A stretch of DNA of 64,000 bases, from contig CAYNGY010000003.1 in the NCBI GenBank assembly GCA_964397195.1, positions 69,836-133,835 of the forward strand. The letters are read 5' to 3'. A model generated the notes under the pieces. The model saw only the letters and a list, made by a program, of their open reading frames with translations, did no database searches and was not told where the DNA came from. Origin of the DNA: an uncultured Gammaproteobacteria bacterium. GTDB lineage: Bacteria; Patescibacteriota; Patescibacteriia; SBBC01; CAIJZX01. Every line of letters begins with the position of its first letter. Position 1 is the stretch's first letter. Both the position numbers and the translations under genes were made by a program. This document shows, one piece after another, positions 37,356-46,692 of this stretch.

Positions 37356-37553
37356 AAGAAAATCGGCACGACGGAGTGTAGCGGGTTTACCATGATATTG
37401 CAAGGATTCCGGCCAACCTTCCATTTTGACATTCAAAACTGAATTTTTGCTGAAAAACCGCGGATTTTGGCTAGCCTTAGCGCAAGTCAAAAACTGTCCG
37501 AAACGAAAAAAACCTGATATACTGCGAGCACATACACACATACTCTTACGCCT

Positions 37554-38111
37554 ATGCGTCGTTCAACTCTCATCCTTATCGTCGCGCTCGTCGTTGTCCT
37601 CGGTGCCGCGGCGGCTCTTTACCTGACCGGCATGTTAAAATTGCCGACCAACAATACGAATACCAGCACGCAAAACGAGAACCTGCCGCTGGTGAACTCA
37701 ACGACGAATACCGCCGTGACCAACAGCTCCCTGCCAGCCAACGTTCAAGGTGATACAATCCTGACGGGATCGCTCACCATCGGCGGAGTGAAGATGACGA
37801 TTTCGAGTTTACAGTATACGGCCCGGTACGCCGATGTCAGTGCCAGCAGCGGAAAACAGTTAGTGATGGTCTACACCGATCCGATCCCGAACGCAAGTAT
37901 TACGGCGGTGGTTGATGGGATGACCACCGACATGAAAGTGACCTACACCGGTGGCGAAGCGATGGTCCGTCGTTATAAGGTCGCTAGCGACACGGTCAAG
38001 AACGATCATGGCTATTTCTTGTTCGAAGTGCCGAAGAATGCCGGCGCCCTGACCCTTGTCTACGGGGCGGATTTGTCCGCGCAGAAACTGACCATCCCGG
38101 CCGCGAAGTAA
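37554..38111 (+). CDS. membrane-anchored extracellular protein with an N/T/S-rich linker (DUF4352-like)
   Basis: N-terminal TM anchor, a low-complexity NNTNTST linker and a beta-rich domain. TTGACA and TGATATACT promoter elements lie upstream. Confidence 0.5.
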   Translation: MRRSTLILIVALVVVLGAAAALYLTGMLKLPTNNTNTSTQNENLPLVNSTTNTAVTNSSLPANVQGDTILTGSLTIGGVKMTISSLQYTARYADVSASSGKQLVMVYTDPIPNASITAVVDGMTTDMKVTYTGGEAMVRRYKVASDTVKNDHGYFLFEVPKNAGALTLVYGADLSAQKLTIPAAK

Positions 38112-38114
38112 TCC

Positions 38115-39266
38115 ATGCGCATCGGCCTCGTTACCCAAGCCTATTATCCCGTGCTCGGTGGTGTCACCGAGCACGTCTGGCATCTTGGGCGCGAACTGCA
38201 ATCGCGCGGTCACGACGTGACGGTAATTACCGGCGCGGTGCATCGACGGATGGTGCCGTGGGCGACACAGCGCGTCGATGATCGCGGACTTCGGGTTATT
38301 CGACTGGGGTTTCAGGTGCCGTTAATGACCAACGGCGCGAATATCGCCTTAACGCTCGGCTGGAAACTTGGCCGTCAATTACAGCGGATTGAGGAACGGG
38401 AGCACTTTGATGTGGTCCATGTGCAAAGCGCCCTTGATCCGGGCCTACCGTTGATTGCCTCGAAGACGATGCGGACGCCGAAAGTGGCCACCTATCACAC
38501 CTACCGCGAACCGGCAAAAACAATACTCGATGATATCCCGAATACCTTCCGGCCAGTTTTCCTCGACGCCATCGCCAAGATTCAGGCACACATTGCTGTC
38601 TCGACGGCGGCGGCGAGTTTCGTCCACCGCTATTTCCCGGATGTGCAAACGACGATTATTCCGAATGGGATTGACCCACAGCGATTTCATCCGAACATCG
38701 TTCCAATGGAGATTCGCCAGGGTGATGAACAGATTATTCTCTATGTGGGACGAATGGACCCGCGCAAAGGCGCGAAATTCCTCTTCGCCGCCTTACCGTT
38801 TCTTGAGGAGCGGCTGAGTGATTACCGAGTCGTGGTGGTGGGCACGGGCTGGATGAAGAAATACTACGACGCCTTAATTCCGTTGCAATTGCGTCGACGG
38901 GTGACGTTTACCGGATACGCATCGCCAGAAGATCTACCCCGGTACTATCGAGCGGCTGATGTCTACTGTTCTCCGGCGACCGGGAATGAAAGTTTTGGCA
39001 TAGTTTTACTTGAGGCCATGGCCTGCGGCACGCCGGTCGTCGCCTCGGATATTGAAGGCTATCGCTCAGTGATTGCGGATGGGCAGGATGGACTCCTTGT
39101 TCCGCCGCGCGATCCGAAAGCGTTAGCTGGGGCCTTGGTGGCGGTGCTTGGTGATGAGGCAGTACGAACGAGCTTTGCGGCCGCCGGTCGGAAAAAAGCC
39201 GAATCGTTTAGCTGGGCGCGCATTGCCGCTCAGGTTGAGGCGGTATACGCGGGCGTCAAAAAATAA
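38115..39266 (+). CDS. glycosyltransferase family 4
   Basis: GT-B fold with the EX7E region ESFGIVLLEAMACGTPVVASDIEGYRSVI. Confidence 0.8.
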   Translation: MRIGLVTQAYYPVLGGVTEHVWHLGRELQSRGHDVTVITGAVHRRMVPWATQRVDDRGLRVIRLGFQVPLMTNGANIALTLGWKLGRQLQRIEEREHFDVVHVQSALDPGLPLIASKTMRTPKVATYHTYREPAKTILDDIPNTFRPVFLDAIAKIQAHIAVSTAAASFVHRYFPDVQTTIIPNGIDPQRFHPNIVPMEIRQGDEQIILYVGRMDPRKGAKFLFAALPFLEERLSDYRVVVVGTGWMKKYYDALIPLQLRRRVTFTGYASPEDLPRYYRAADVYCSPATGNESFGIVLLEAMACGTPVVASDIEGYRSVIADGQDGLLVPPRDPKALAGALVAVLGDEAVRTSFAAAGRKKAESFSWARIAAQVEAVYAGVKK

Positions 39267-39316
39267 TGCGCTCCGGGTCCGGCGAAGGACCCAGAGCGGG
39301 TAGGGGCAGAGCGGCG

Positions 39317-39712
39317 TCAGTTCAGGAAGAGCTGAGCCACGGCTTCGTGCGCTCCGGCGGGGATGGGCAGGCAATAGCCCTGACCGCCGTTTGGGTTGAG
39401 GACGATCGTCCGCTGCGGGATCAGGCCGTGCTTCGGGCACTTGCTCCAGAAGAGCGAGGCGAGCTCGGACTGGTCGAGGACCATGGCGTGGAGCGCGCTG
39501 CAGGTACCGCCGTGCCGCTGTGAGCAGACGACGTCCAGCTGGCGAGCGCTCCGACGACGCGGCGCGATCTCGATGGTGATGGCGCCCGTCTGGTCTCGGA
39601 TGATGACCCGGTTACCGGCTTGCGTCAGCAGCGGCTGGGTGTAGCTCCCGTACGGGGTAGGAACGATGATGCACTCGGGAAAGCATGTTCTGGTCTTCGG
39701 CGACTTGGACAT
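39317..39712 (-). CDS. hypothetical protein (131 aa), high-GC orphan
   Basis: Starts at MSKSPKTR. An AT-rich promoter region lies upstream, and no motif was recognised. Confidence 0.45.
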   Translation of the reverse strand: MSKSPKTRTCFPECIIVPTPYGSYTQPLLTQAGNRVIIRDQTGAITIEIAPRRRSARQLDVVCSQRHGGTCSALHAMVLDQSELASLFWSKCPKHGLIPQRTIVLNPNGGQGYCLPIPAGAHEAVAQLFLN

Positions 39713-39824
39713 GTGGCGCATTCTCCATAATGCGTGTGAGTGGAACACTCAGCGGCGATGCTGAGGAGGGTACCCTAACGCGGTCACCGAAAAAAAGCAA
39801 TAATAATAAATACTATATAAAAAA

Positions 39825-39850
39825 GGACCACCGGTTATGAGCCGGTGGCC
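39825..39850 (-). terminator. intrinsic terminator of the 39835-40335 gene (minus strand)
   Basis: On the minus strand, ggccaccggc-ucauaa-ccgguggucc is followed by UUUUUUAUAUAG. The hairpin includes the stop codon. Confidence 0.6.
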
Positions 39851-40335
39851 AGGAACGACGCGACAGCGGCGCGCGTTCCCGCGGTGAGGTACAGCGAGAG
39901 GTTCGGGTCGAGGTTGCCATGGTGCCGCGGGTAGGGCAGGGTCAGGTAGTTGCCCTGGCGGATGAAGTACCCGACGGAGAAGGTCGTGCACTCGAACAGG
40001 TCGAGCATCTTGTGGCGCCGAACGTTCGGCTCATCCGCGGCGAACATCCGCTGAACGACGTCGAACGGGTAGAGCCGCTGCATCTGGACGTAGGGCGTCG
40101 TGCACTCGTGGAGACGGATCTCGTAGACGAGGTGGATCTGGCCCTTGGTCGGCCCGGTGCCGTTGGCCATCATCAGGCTGGCGTCGCAGCCACGCATGTG
40201 GATGTGGTCGCGATCGGCTTCGTCGACGCGCATCTCGGCGCCCCAGAGATGCCACCAGCGGGGGATGTTGTTGTTCAGGCGGTCGGTGGTGATGGTCTCA
40301 CGTTCGGCGGGGGTGATCGCACATTCAGCACTCAC
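39835..40335 (-). CDS. hypothetical protein (166 aa), high-GC orphan
   Basis: GTG start with an AAGGAG RBS, and its own terminator. No motif was recognised. Confidence 0.5.
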   Translation of the reverse strand: MSAECAITPAERETITTDRLNNNIPRWWHLWGAEMRVDEADRDHIHMRGCDASLMMANGTGPTKGQIHLVYEIRLHECTTPYVQMQRLYPFDVVQRMFAADEPNVRRHKMLDLFECTTFSVGYFIRQGNYLTLPYPRHHGNLDPNLSLYLTAGTRAAVASFLATGS

Positions 40336-40515
40336 AGCGGACGCTCCTTTTCAAAGGGCCGGTGGACGAGCGTTTGGCTCGGCCGGGTCAGGGAGAACGG
40401 ATCGGAACTGACGGCCTAGACTAGTCTATTTTCGCCTCGCTGTCAATCCGGGCCGATTTAACTGCGTTCCGGTGGGGGGTTTCTTGACAGGCCTTTTCAT
40501 TGGCTTTATAGTGAA

Positions 40516-40542
40516 TTAGCACTCTCCATGTGAGACTGCTAA
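40516..40542 (+). promoter_or_regulatory. CIRCE operator (HrcA-binding inverted repeat)
   Basis: TTAGCACTC-N9-GACTGCTAA, one mismatch from the consensus TTAGCACTC-N9-GAGTGCTAA, ending 4 nt before the hrcA ATG. Confidence 0.7.
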
Positions 40543-40546
40543 TTCC

Positions 40547-41257
40547 ATGATTACCGAACGTCAAACACAACTCCTGACCGCCATCTTGCGTGAATACGTG
40601 GAAACCGCTGAACCGGTCAGTTCTGGGTTTTTAGCGAAACATGCTGATGAGCAGGTTTCACCGGCGACGATTCGTAATGAGTTAGCTGCCCTCGAAGACG
40701 CCGGGTACTTAACCCAACCACATACATCGGCCGGGCGGATCCCGACCGAAAAGGCCTGGCGATGGTATGTCCAGAACCTGATGCAGACGGAAGCGGTTGC
40801 GAAGGGGACGCGTGAAAACGTCCAAGAGGTCATTCGTACCTATCGACATACGCATGCGGAAATGTTGCGTCGACTGGCGAAAAAACTGGCGGCCTTGGCG
40901 GGGGAGACTGTTGTCTTAGCTCCGGCACCGAATGAAACGTATTACACCGGCCTGTCGAACCTTTTTGCCCAACCGGAATTTGAACACGTCAGCATGGTCC
41001 AGAACATGTCCCGGGTGATTGATCGGTTTGATGATGTCATGGGGCAGATGTTTGACCGTCTGGAAGAAGATGTACTGGTCTTAGTCGGGAAAGATAACCC
41101 GTTTAGCGCCGATTGCGGAACCGTCATGGCCAAGTACCGGTTGCCACATTCGCATCACGGCCTGATCGGCATCCTCGGCCCCCTGCGACAAAACTATGAC
41201 GAACATGTGGCGATGATCCGATTTGCCACCGATGAACTTAATCGTGAAACTGAATAA
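40547..41257 (+). CDS. hrcA: heat-inducible transcription repressor HrcA (short form)
   Basis: N-terminal wHTH LTERQ..LL.AIL.EYV.TAEPVSS..L, positioned upstream of grpE. At 236 aa it is about 100 aa shorter than the canonical HrcA. Confidence 0.75.
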   Translation: MITERQTQLLTAILREYVETAEPVSSGFLAKHADEQVSPATIRNELAALEDAGYLTQPHTSAGRIPTEKAWRWYVQNLMQTEAVAKGTRENVQEVIRTYRHTHAEMLRRLAKKLAALAGETVVLAPAPNETYYTGLSNLFAQPEFEHVSMVQNMSRVIDRFDDVMGQMFDRLEEDVLVLVGKDNPFSADCGTVMAKYRLPHSHHGLIGILGPLRQNYDEHVAMIRFATDELNRETE

Positions 41258-41261
41258 TCCC

Positions 41262-41753
41262 ATGACGGACCCCCAGATTCTCCCCGAAACCCAAGGCCAG
41301 CCGACGGATGATGTGACGCGCTTGCAGGCGCTCTCGGACGAACACCTTGAAGGGTGGCGGCGGGCGAAGGCCGACTATCTCAATTTGAAAAAGCAGACGG
41401 AGAAAGAAAAGATGGATATTGCCCAGTTTGCCGTCGCCCAGACGATCATGTCGTTTCTCCCGATCTATGACAATCTCGCCCGGGCCCTCCAACACGTGCC
41501 GGCTGAGGCGCACGATCAGGAATGGGTCAAGGGCCTCGGGCATATTCGTAAACAGTTTGAAGATGCGATCAAATCGCTCGGCCTGACCATCATCCCGACG
41601 GTCGGTCAACCCTTCGACCCGCTCAAGCACCACGCCGTCTCGAAACAGAAGCGCGAGGGCGTCGAACCGGGCACGATTCTCGACGAGGTCAAGAGCGGAT
41701 TCATGGCCGGAGATCGTGTTCTCGAACCGGCAAGCGTCGTGGTCGCGGAATAG
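41262..41753 (+). CDS. grpE: nucleotide exchange factor GrpE
   Basis: Coiled-coil region followed by the beta-domain (DPLKHHAV). Confidence 0.8.
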   Translation: MTDPQILPETQGQPTDDVTRLQALSDEHLEGWRRAKADYLNLKKQTEKEKMDIAQFAVAQTIMSFLPIYDNLARALQHVPAEAHDQEWVKGLGHIRKQFEDAIKSLGLTIIPTVGQPFDPLKHHAVSKQKREGVEPGTILDEVKSGFMAGDRVLEPASVVVAE

Positions 41754-41784
41754 CCATACTTATTCACTTACCGGCATAACACCT

Positions 41785-42207
41785 ATGTCACACATCATCA
41801 AATGGAGTCCGATGGATGTCTTTGACGAGATGAATCGCGCCGGCGACGATTGGTTGCCGATGATGCGCGTCCCACGCGTCATGACCCCTGCGGTCGATGT
41901 CTACGAAGACGCGTCGAACGTGGTCGTCGAAGCACCGCTCGTCGGGATTAAACCCGCGGATGTCAGTATCGAAATCGAAGATAGTGTGCTGAAGATTTCC
42001 GGGACATCGGAACATACTTCCGAAGTTGATGACAAGAACTATTTCCGTCGCGAGATTCGCAACGGCGCGTTCTACCGAAGCGTCGCCTTACCGAAATCGG
42101 TGATCAGCGACAAAGCATCGGCGTCGTATAAAGACGGCATCCTCAAGATAACCGTGCCCAAGGCCGAAGAAGCCAAGCCACGAAAGATAACAATCACGGC
42201 CGACTAA
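41785..42207 (+). CDS. Hsp20/alpha-crystallin small heat shock protein
   Basis: Alpha-crystallin domain (VDVYEDA.NVVVEAPLVGIKPADV..E.E...L.I.G) and the C-terminal GILKITVPK motif. Confidence 0.8.
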   Translation: MSHIIKWSPMDVFDEMNRAGDDWLPMMRVPRVMTPAVDVYEDASNVVVEAPLVGIKPADVSIEIEDSVLKISGTSEHTSEVDDKNYFRREIRNGAFYRSVALPKSVISDKASASYKDGILKITVPKAEEAKPRKITITAD

Positions 42208-42213
42208 CATTTC

Positions 42214-42279
42214 GGCCGACCCTCTCCGCCCTTCGGCACCTACCCCTGAAATTAGGGGGAGGACGGGAGGGGGTCGGCC
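42214..42279 (+). repeat. GC-rich nested hairpin element after hsp20
   Basis: Outer stem ggccgaccc/gggtcggcc encloses cccct-gaaatt-agggg. A second hairpin, cggccg..cggccg, spans the stop codon. Confidence 0.45.
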
Positions 42280-42365
42280 CCTCAGGTGGGCGGCACAAAA
42301 CGGTGCAAGATGCGAATCTGCGCCGACAAGCATGGGCCGCCCACTCGAAGACACTATTTACTATC

Positions 42366-42722
42366 ATGGCTCCAAACACCCCACAACCATTCAATCCGAA
42401 TAATCTCATCCGCTTCAACGCGCGCTGTCCAATCTGTCAGAGTGCCTACGATATGCAGAAGCTGAAAATTCTCGGCGAACGTGACCAGCAACTCTTGGCC
42501 TACATCGACTGTAGCACCTGTAGTACCGCCATGCTGACGATTCTCAGTCTCGGACCGCACGGCATGAGCGCCCAGGGCGTTGTGACCGATCTCTCGATCG
42601 ACGAAGTTGTTGAGTCAGATGCTTGGGAACGGGTCAGTGCCGATGATGTCCTCGATATTCACCAGTTCCTCGAAGCAGACCGACTCCCGGTCGACCCGAC
42701 GGCAGGCTCGGGGCGCTCGTAG
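42366..42722 (+). CDS. zinc-ribbon hypothetical protein
   Basis: CPIC...CSTC pair, 118 aa, located between hsp20 and dnaK. Confidence 0.4.
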   Translation: MAPNTPQPFNPNNLIRFNARCPICQSAYDMQKLKILGERDQQLLAYIDCSTCSTAMLTILSLGPHGMSAQGVVTDLSIDEVVESDAWERVSADDVLDIHQFLEADRLPVDPTAGSGRS

Positions 42723-42767
42723 GCGTCGCCATCCATTCATTCATTCACGCGATTTAATTACCAACGT

Positions 42768-44654
42768 ATGTCAAAGATCCTCGGAATCGACCTCGGAACC
42801 ACCAACTCGTGTATGGCCGTCATCGAAGGCGGCGAACCGAAAGTATTGGAAAACGCGGAAGGCGCCCGAACCACGCCGTCCGTCATCGCCATCACCAAGA
42901 CGGGTGAGCGTCTGGCGGGACAGGTCGCGAAACGTCAATCGGTCGTCAACCCACAAAACACGCTCTACTCGGTTAAGCGCCTGATCGGGCGACGCTGGGA
43001 CGACGAAGAAGTGCAGCGTGACCTGAAAGTCCTACCGTTCACGATTAAACATGCCGGTGAAGGGGTGAAGATCGACATGGGCGGGAAGGAATTCACACCG
43101 CAGGAAATTTCGGCCATGGTTTTGCAGAAACTGAAAGCGGACGCCGAAGCGAAACTCGGGACAACTATAACCGAAGCGGTGATTACGGTCCCGGCCTACT
43201 TTGATGATGCCCAGCGTCAAGCGACCAAAGATGCCGGGCGGATTGCGGGCTTCGACGTCAAACGGATTATTAACGAGCCGACCGCGGCCGCGCTGGCTTA
43301 CGGCTTCAACAAGAAGAAGGACGAAAAGATTGCCGTCTACGACCTTGGTGGTGGGACGTTTGATATCTCCATTCTGGAAGTGTCATCCGACACGGTGGAA
43401 GTGAAATCGACTAATGGTGACACCCATCTTGGCGGTGATGACTTTGACCAGAAGATTATCCACTGGATGATTGATGAGTTTAAGAAGTCGGAAGGTGTTG
43501 ATCTCGGGAAGGATCAGATGGCTCTCCAGCGTCTGAAAGAAGCGGCCGAGAAAGCGAAGCATGAGCTGTCGACATCGATGGAAACGGAGATTAACCTGCC
43601 GTTTATTACCCAAGGTCAGGCCGGGCCGCTCCACATGGTTATGAAATTCACGCGGGCCCAACTCGAACAGCTCGTTGGTGACTTAGTTGAGGCGACCCTC
43701 GAGCCGACGAAAAAGGCCTTAGCTGACGCGAATATGGCGGCTAAGGATATTAACGAAGTGATCTTGGTTGGTGGGATGACGCGTATGCCGCTCGTCCAAC
43801 AGGCGGTCGAAAAGTTCTTCGGCAAAAAACCGAATGTCTCGGTCAATCCGGATGAAGTCGTGGCGATTGGGGCCGCTGTTCAAGCCGGTGTTCTCCAAGG
43901 TGAAGTGAAAGATGTGCTTTTGCTCGACGTGACGCCGCTGACACTTGGGTTAGAAACGATGGGCGCCGTGGCGACACCGTTGATTGATCGCAATACGACC
44001 ATTCCGACCTCGAAATCACAGGTGTTCTCAACTGCCAGTGATAATCAGCCGAGTGTTGAGATTCACGTCCTGCAAGGGGAGCGACCAATGGCCCATGATA
44101 ACAAATCACTCGGGCGGTTCATCCTCGACGGAATCCCACCGGCACCGCGTGGCACGCCGCAGGTTGAAGTCACGTTCGATATTGATGCCAACGGTATTCT
44201 GAAGGTCAGCGCGAAGGACAAGGGGACGAATAAGGAGCAAACCATTACCATTCAAGGTTCGACCGGCCTAAATAAAGAAGAGGTCGAGAAGCTCCGCAAG
44301 GAAGCCGAATTGCACGCCGATGAGGACAAGAAGAAGAAAGAAGTGATTGAAGCACGGAACTTAGCGGAAGCGATGGTCTATCAGGCCGAGAAAGCGGTCC
44401 GCGAGGGCGGCGATAAAGTTCCGGCCGATGTGAAGAAAGACGTTGAAGAGAAGATTAAAGCCGTGAAGGATGTCCAAGGCAAGGACGACAAAGCGGCGAT
44501 CGAAGCGGCCTCGCGCGAACTTTCAACGGCCATGCAGAAGATTGGCGCGGCGATGTATAAGGATGCTAAACCGGAAGGCAAAGCTGGGGAGGCCGGCGCC
44601 ACCCCGAATGACAAAGGCCCTGTTGAGGGGGAAGTCGTCGACGATAAGAAATAA
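42768..44654 (+). CDS. dnaK: molecular chaperone DnaK (Hsp70)
   Basis: [18 protein letters not shown] and the substrate-binding domain are present, with a C-terminal GEVVDDKK. Confidence 0.95.
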   Translation: MSKILGIDLGTTNSCMAVIEGGEPKVLENAEGARTTPSVIAITKTGERLAGQVAKRQSVVNPQNTLYSVKRLIGRRWDDEEVQRDLKVLPFTIKHAGEGVKIDMGGKEFTPQEISAMVLQKLKADAEAKLGTTITEAVITVPAYFDDAQRQATKDAGRIAGFDVKRIINEPTAAALAYGFNKKKDEKIAVYDLGGGTFDISILEVSSDTVEVKSTNGDTHLGGDDFDQKIIHWMIDEFKKSEGVDLGKDQMALQRLKEAAEKAKHELSTSMETEINLPFITQGQAGPLHMVMKFTRAQLEQLVGDLVEATLEPTKKALADANMAAKDINEVILVGGMTRMPLVQQAVEKFFGKKPNVSVNPDEVVAIGAAVQAGVLQGEVKDVLLLDVTPLTLGLETMGAVATPLIDRNTTIPTSKSQVFSTASDNQPSVEIHVLQGERPMAHDNKSLGRFILDGIPPAPRGTPQVEVTFDIDANGILKVSAKDKGTNKEQTITIQGSTGLNKEEVEKLRKEAELHADEDKKKKEVIEARNLAEAMVYQAEKAVREGGDKVPADVKKDVEEKIKAVKDVQGKDDKAAIEAASRELSTAMQKIGAAMYKDAKPEGKAGEAGATPNDKGPVEGEVVDDKK

Positions 44655-44663
44655 GCGTATACT

Positions 44664-44727
44664 AGCGGCGGGCGCTCCCACCACCCCTGACCCCTCCTCG
44701 GGCAGGAGGGGAAAGCGGCCCGCCGCT
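44664..44727 (+). repeat. GC-rich nested hairpin element after dnaK (promoter plus hairpin block, copy 1)
   Basis: tagcggcgggc ... gcggcccgccgcta encloses cccctcct-cgggc-aggagggg, and is preceded by a TATACT box at 44658-44663. Confidence 0.5.
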
Positions 44728-44747
44728 ATTTAACGCTGTCTATTCGT

Positions 44748-44963
44748 ATGGAAAAAACATTCTTTACTATCGTTGCTCTAGTCGTTATTACCGGTTCGGT
44801 AATGTACACCTTGATGGGGCTTGGGTGGGATGAAGGCCGAACTAACCTGATGCTATTAAGTTATGCTATCTCGTTGGTGATTGCGTATATTGTCGCTCGA
44901 TGGGCATTAAGACAAGGGTGGAGTAAGTCTCCTAGAAAAGGAGTGGTCGACGATAAGAAATAG
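44748..44963 (+). CDS. two-TM microprotein ending in the same VVDDKK as DnaK
   Basis: 71 aa with two hydrophobic helices. The last six codons and the downstream TATACT-hairpin block duplicate the dnaK 3' end. Confidence 0.45.
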   Translation: MEKTFFTIVALVVITGSVMYTLMGLGWDEGRTNLMLLSYAISLVIAYIVARWALRQGWSKSPRKGVVDDKK

Positions 44964-44972
44964 GGCTATACT

Positions 44973-44996
44973 AGCGGCGGGCGAAAGCCCGCCGCT
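44973..44996 (+). repeat. hairpin copy 2 (gcggcgggc-gaaa-gcccgccgc) in the 5' region of the hydrolase gene
   Basis: Perfect 9-bp stem with a GAAA loop immediately after a TATACT box at 44967-44972. The ATG at 45012 follows. Confidence 0.5.
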
Positions 44997-45011
44997 TACG
45001 TTTCGGTCAAT

Positions 45012-45905
45012 ATGGAATATCCAATCGTTCAAGTTCAAACGAAAGATCAGGTCTGGCTTCACGGGCTGTTTGTGGAGGCGTCGAATTCAGACACGGTCTT
45101 TTTGCATATTCATGGCACGGCCAGTAATTTTTACGAAATGGAGTATATCGAGACGATGGCCCGCGAATTCTCGGCGGCCGGTATTTCCGTCTTGTCTACG
45201 AATAATCATGGCAGCGGTGTATATGATGCCTACCAGTCAACAGGTGCGGCGGTAGAACTGTTTGAGCAATGTTTGATTGATATTGATGCTTGGATCGAGT
45301 TCGCCAAAGCAAAAGGCTACTCGAATATCATTTTGGCGGGGCATAGTCTCGGATCCCAGAAGGCAGTCTACTACATACAGAAAGGCACATACCGCGAAAT
45401 GGTTCGTGGTTTAGTTCTACTAGGTCCGGCGGACGCAACGCGTTGCGATTATACTGATACCTCGAACATGCTCAGTCCCGCCCAGCAACAACGCGTACTG
45501 GCGATGTTGGATCAGGCTAAGAAGATGGTTGCGGCGGGAAAGGGTGAAGAGTTTCTTCCGCGCACGGCGTACATGGAACTCATGCCAAAGAGCGCCAAGG
45601 CCGCAGTAAATATTCTTGATCTTGAAGGTGAAGCGGCTCGTGTTTTACCATTTCAAACCGGTGAACTTAAAATGTATCGATCCATTGTTGTTCCAGTGTT
45701 TGTTGCTATCGCTGATCAACGCGAATGGACGGGAATTGATTCTCAGGCTGCTTTATTGCTGATGAAGAAGGAAAATTTGCGCACAGAAACCCATTACCTG
45801 AATGATTGTGATCACGACTTTACCGGGAAAGAAAACGAATTAGTGGAATTGTTGATCCGTTTTCTGACGGAAAAGAAGTTGATGAAGGCGGAGAAACACG
45901 CCTAA
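45012..45905 (+). CDS. alpha/beta-fold hydrolase
   Basis: Nucleophile elbow GHSLGS, with His and Asp candidates in the C-terminal part. Confidence 0.7.
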   Translation: MEYPIVQVQTKDQVWLHGLFVEASNSDTVFLHIHGTASNFYEMEYIETMAREFSAAGISVLSTNNHGSGVYDAYQSTGAAVELFEQCLIDIDAWIEFAKAKGYSNIILAGHSLGSQKAVYYIQKGTYREMVRGLVLLGPADATRCDYTDTSNMLSPAQQQRVLAMLDQAKKMVAAGKGEEFLPRTAYMELMPKSAKAAVNILDLEGEAARVLPFQTGELKMYRSIVVPVFVAIADQREWTGIDSQAALLLMKKENLRTETHYLNDCDHDFTGKENELVELLIRFLTEKKLMKAEKHA

Positions 45906-45967
45906 TCAGAAAGGTCTTCTTCTTAATCGGAAATCTTTCTTCTGTTGTGCGCCGAGTGTTAAGCCAT

Positions 45968-46540
45968 ATGAACAATCTGTATTTGAACCTCGAACAATTC
46001 GCCGACACCGCCTTTGCGTCGTCGACCGATTCAATCGCTCCGAAGCATCTGCGCCGGACGGTCGACTGGCTGAAAGTCTTAAAACCGGACGCGGATGAAG
46101 CACTGATTATCGCCGCGCGGGCGCACGATATTGAACGCGCGTTTCGGCAAGAAGATATGAAGAAATTGCTGAAAGCAAGCGCCGACGGATTCGGGAACGC
46201 GGAATTTTTACGACTACATCAAACACGCGGCGCGGAAATACTTGGGAAATTTCTTGAGGAGCAAGGCGCGGACACGACGCTGATTGAGCGCGTGAAGCAT
46301 CTGGTTGAACATCACGAGGATGGGGGAGATGATGACCAGAATCTCTTGAAGGATGCCGATACATTGAGTTTTTTTGAAAACAACGTTGGGCACTTCATTC
46401 AGAAGCGAGCGGCGGAATACGGTCGTGAGAAAGTCGCGGCGAAGTTCACCTGGATGTTTGCGCGGTTGACCGCAGAGAAAGCAAAAGGAATTTGCCGCCC
46501 ATGGTACGTTGCGGCAATGAAACGCTTGGGCGGGGAGTAG
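45968..46540 (+). CDS. HD-domain phosphohydrolase
   Basis: AARAHDIERA and LVEHHEDGGDD metal-binding H, HD and D residues. Confidence 0.65.
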   Translation: MNNLYLNLEQFADTAFASSTDSIAPKHLRRTVDWLKVLKPDADEALIIAARAHDIERAFRQEDMKKLLKASADGFGNAEFLRLHQTRGAEILGKFLEEQGADTTLIERVKHLVEHHEDGGDDDQNLLKDADTLSFFENNVGHFIQKRAAEYGREKVAAKFTWMFARLTAEKAKGICRPWYVAAMKRLGGE

Positions 46541-46692
46541 GGCCCTAGTCGCGTCGTATGGAGGGTGTTTTTTTATTCTGTTTTATGTACAGCACACCTC
46601 AACTGTTGACTTGACACCCGCCGGGCCGAGGCATAAGGTCGAGTTAACCGTTCGCATGAAACGCCCGAAATACGGGCTATCGAGAGCGGTCG

